Source: Raillietiella orientalis
Taxonomy: Eukaryota
NCBI GenBank assembly: GCA_036172245.1
Contig: JAYWIR010000010.1
Coordinates: 1,984,001 to 2,048,000, forward strand
Reading direction: 5' to 3'
Length of the DNA: 64,000 bases
Below, piece after piece: positions 63,261 to 64,000 of this stretch. Both the position numbers and the translations under genes were made by a program. How positions within the stretch are numbered: the stretch's first letter is position 1; each line of letters begins with the position of its first letter. Below the pieces are notes generated by a model. The model worked only from the letters and a program-made list of their open reading frames with translations, was not told the DNA's origin and made no database searches.

Positions 63261-64000
63261 TTTCTCCGATCGCCGCTGGCAAGGAAACTCCAGGGTGAGC
63301 TTAGGGTTTGCGGGACGTGTTCGAAGGACCCCACCCTAAAGATTTAGCCAGAAGGGAAGGATGAGAGAGAGTGGATACTGAGAAAAGGTGGAGGAGGCTG
63401 AGTGGGAGAGCAGCGCGCGAAAGGAGCAGGAATGCGGGGGGTGGGGGAGATGCCGTCGATCCCAATGAAAAAGCAGGATTACGGCATCGGATGCAGCTAC
63501 TCATCTTGGCGATGAATTCGCTCTCTTCTTCTGAGCCATCCCTTGTTGTAGACCGAACCCTTTGCGGCACTGAGGTTTGCTGCGGCTTAGCCTGGGTGAG
63601 GATGGTCGACATTTCTCGGGCTGCTAGGGTGCACCGGAAAAGGAGACTAGAGTGCTACCGATCGCCGATCTCCGAGAGGGAGAGGAACTTCCGGCTTTCC
63701 AGCAGGTTGCTAGGGAGAACGCTTTCCCTTCAGGGATCTGAGATCGTTTTTTTTTTTTCACGCCCCATCTTGCGGAAGTGAGACCGAAATTGTAATCCAT
63801 CCACGATCTGAGCCAAAGGGCACGAAGTTCTGGTACTCCCGAAAGTGCACTCTCTGGGTTGTCCTCCCGGTTTCCCGCTGCTCCCTTGGTCTCTCCCATT
63901 CCTCCCACTCTGCAAGCGGACAGCTCGGGATCCAGAAGAAGGAAAAAGGAAAGAAAGGAAGAACTCGACGAGCACGTCGCCCTCTCGCTGCAAGAACACG

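Overview
Eukaryotic, almost certainly invertebrate animal, genomic DNA. One intact host gene is present: CCT3 (TRiC/CCT chaperonin subunit gamma). It has 6 exons at 15370-18504 (+), four tiny 44-51 nt introns and one 1.3 kb first intron, and sits in an AT-rich, CpG-depleted island (~13.3-22 kb). The rest is a GC- and CpG-rich mosaic of decayed transposable elements: (i) many 5'-truncated 3' ends of L1/Tx1-like non-LTR retrotransposons in two related families that share a covarying four-hairpin 3' UTR; (ii) a ~700-800 bp tRNA-headed SINE with an internal ~40 bp hairpin VNTR, twice fused to the same LINE 3' segment and repeatedly hit at one site by antisense LINE insertions; (iii) RLE-type non-LTR fragments, one Utopia/NeSL-like; (iv) Penelope-like GIY-YIG and RT remnants; (v) piggyBac, hAT and pogo/Tigger-like DNA-transposon derivatives; (vi) two probable host-gene-derived pseudogene fragments. 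Most ORFs in the supplied track are spurious frames over these repeats. Repeat boundaries were aligned by eye and are approximate (tens of bp). Family assignments rest on recalled motifs, not database searches.
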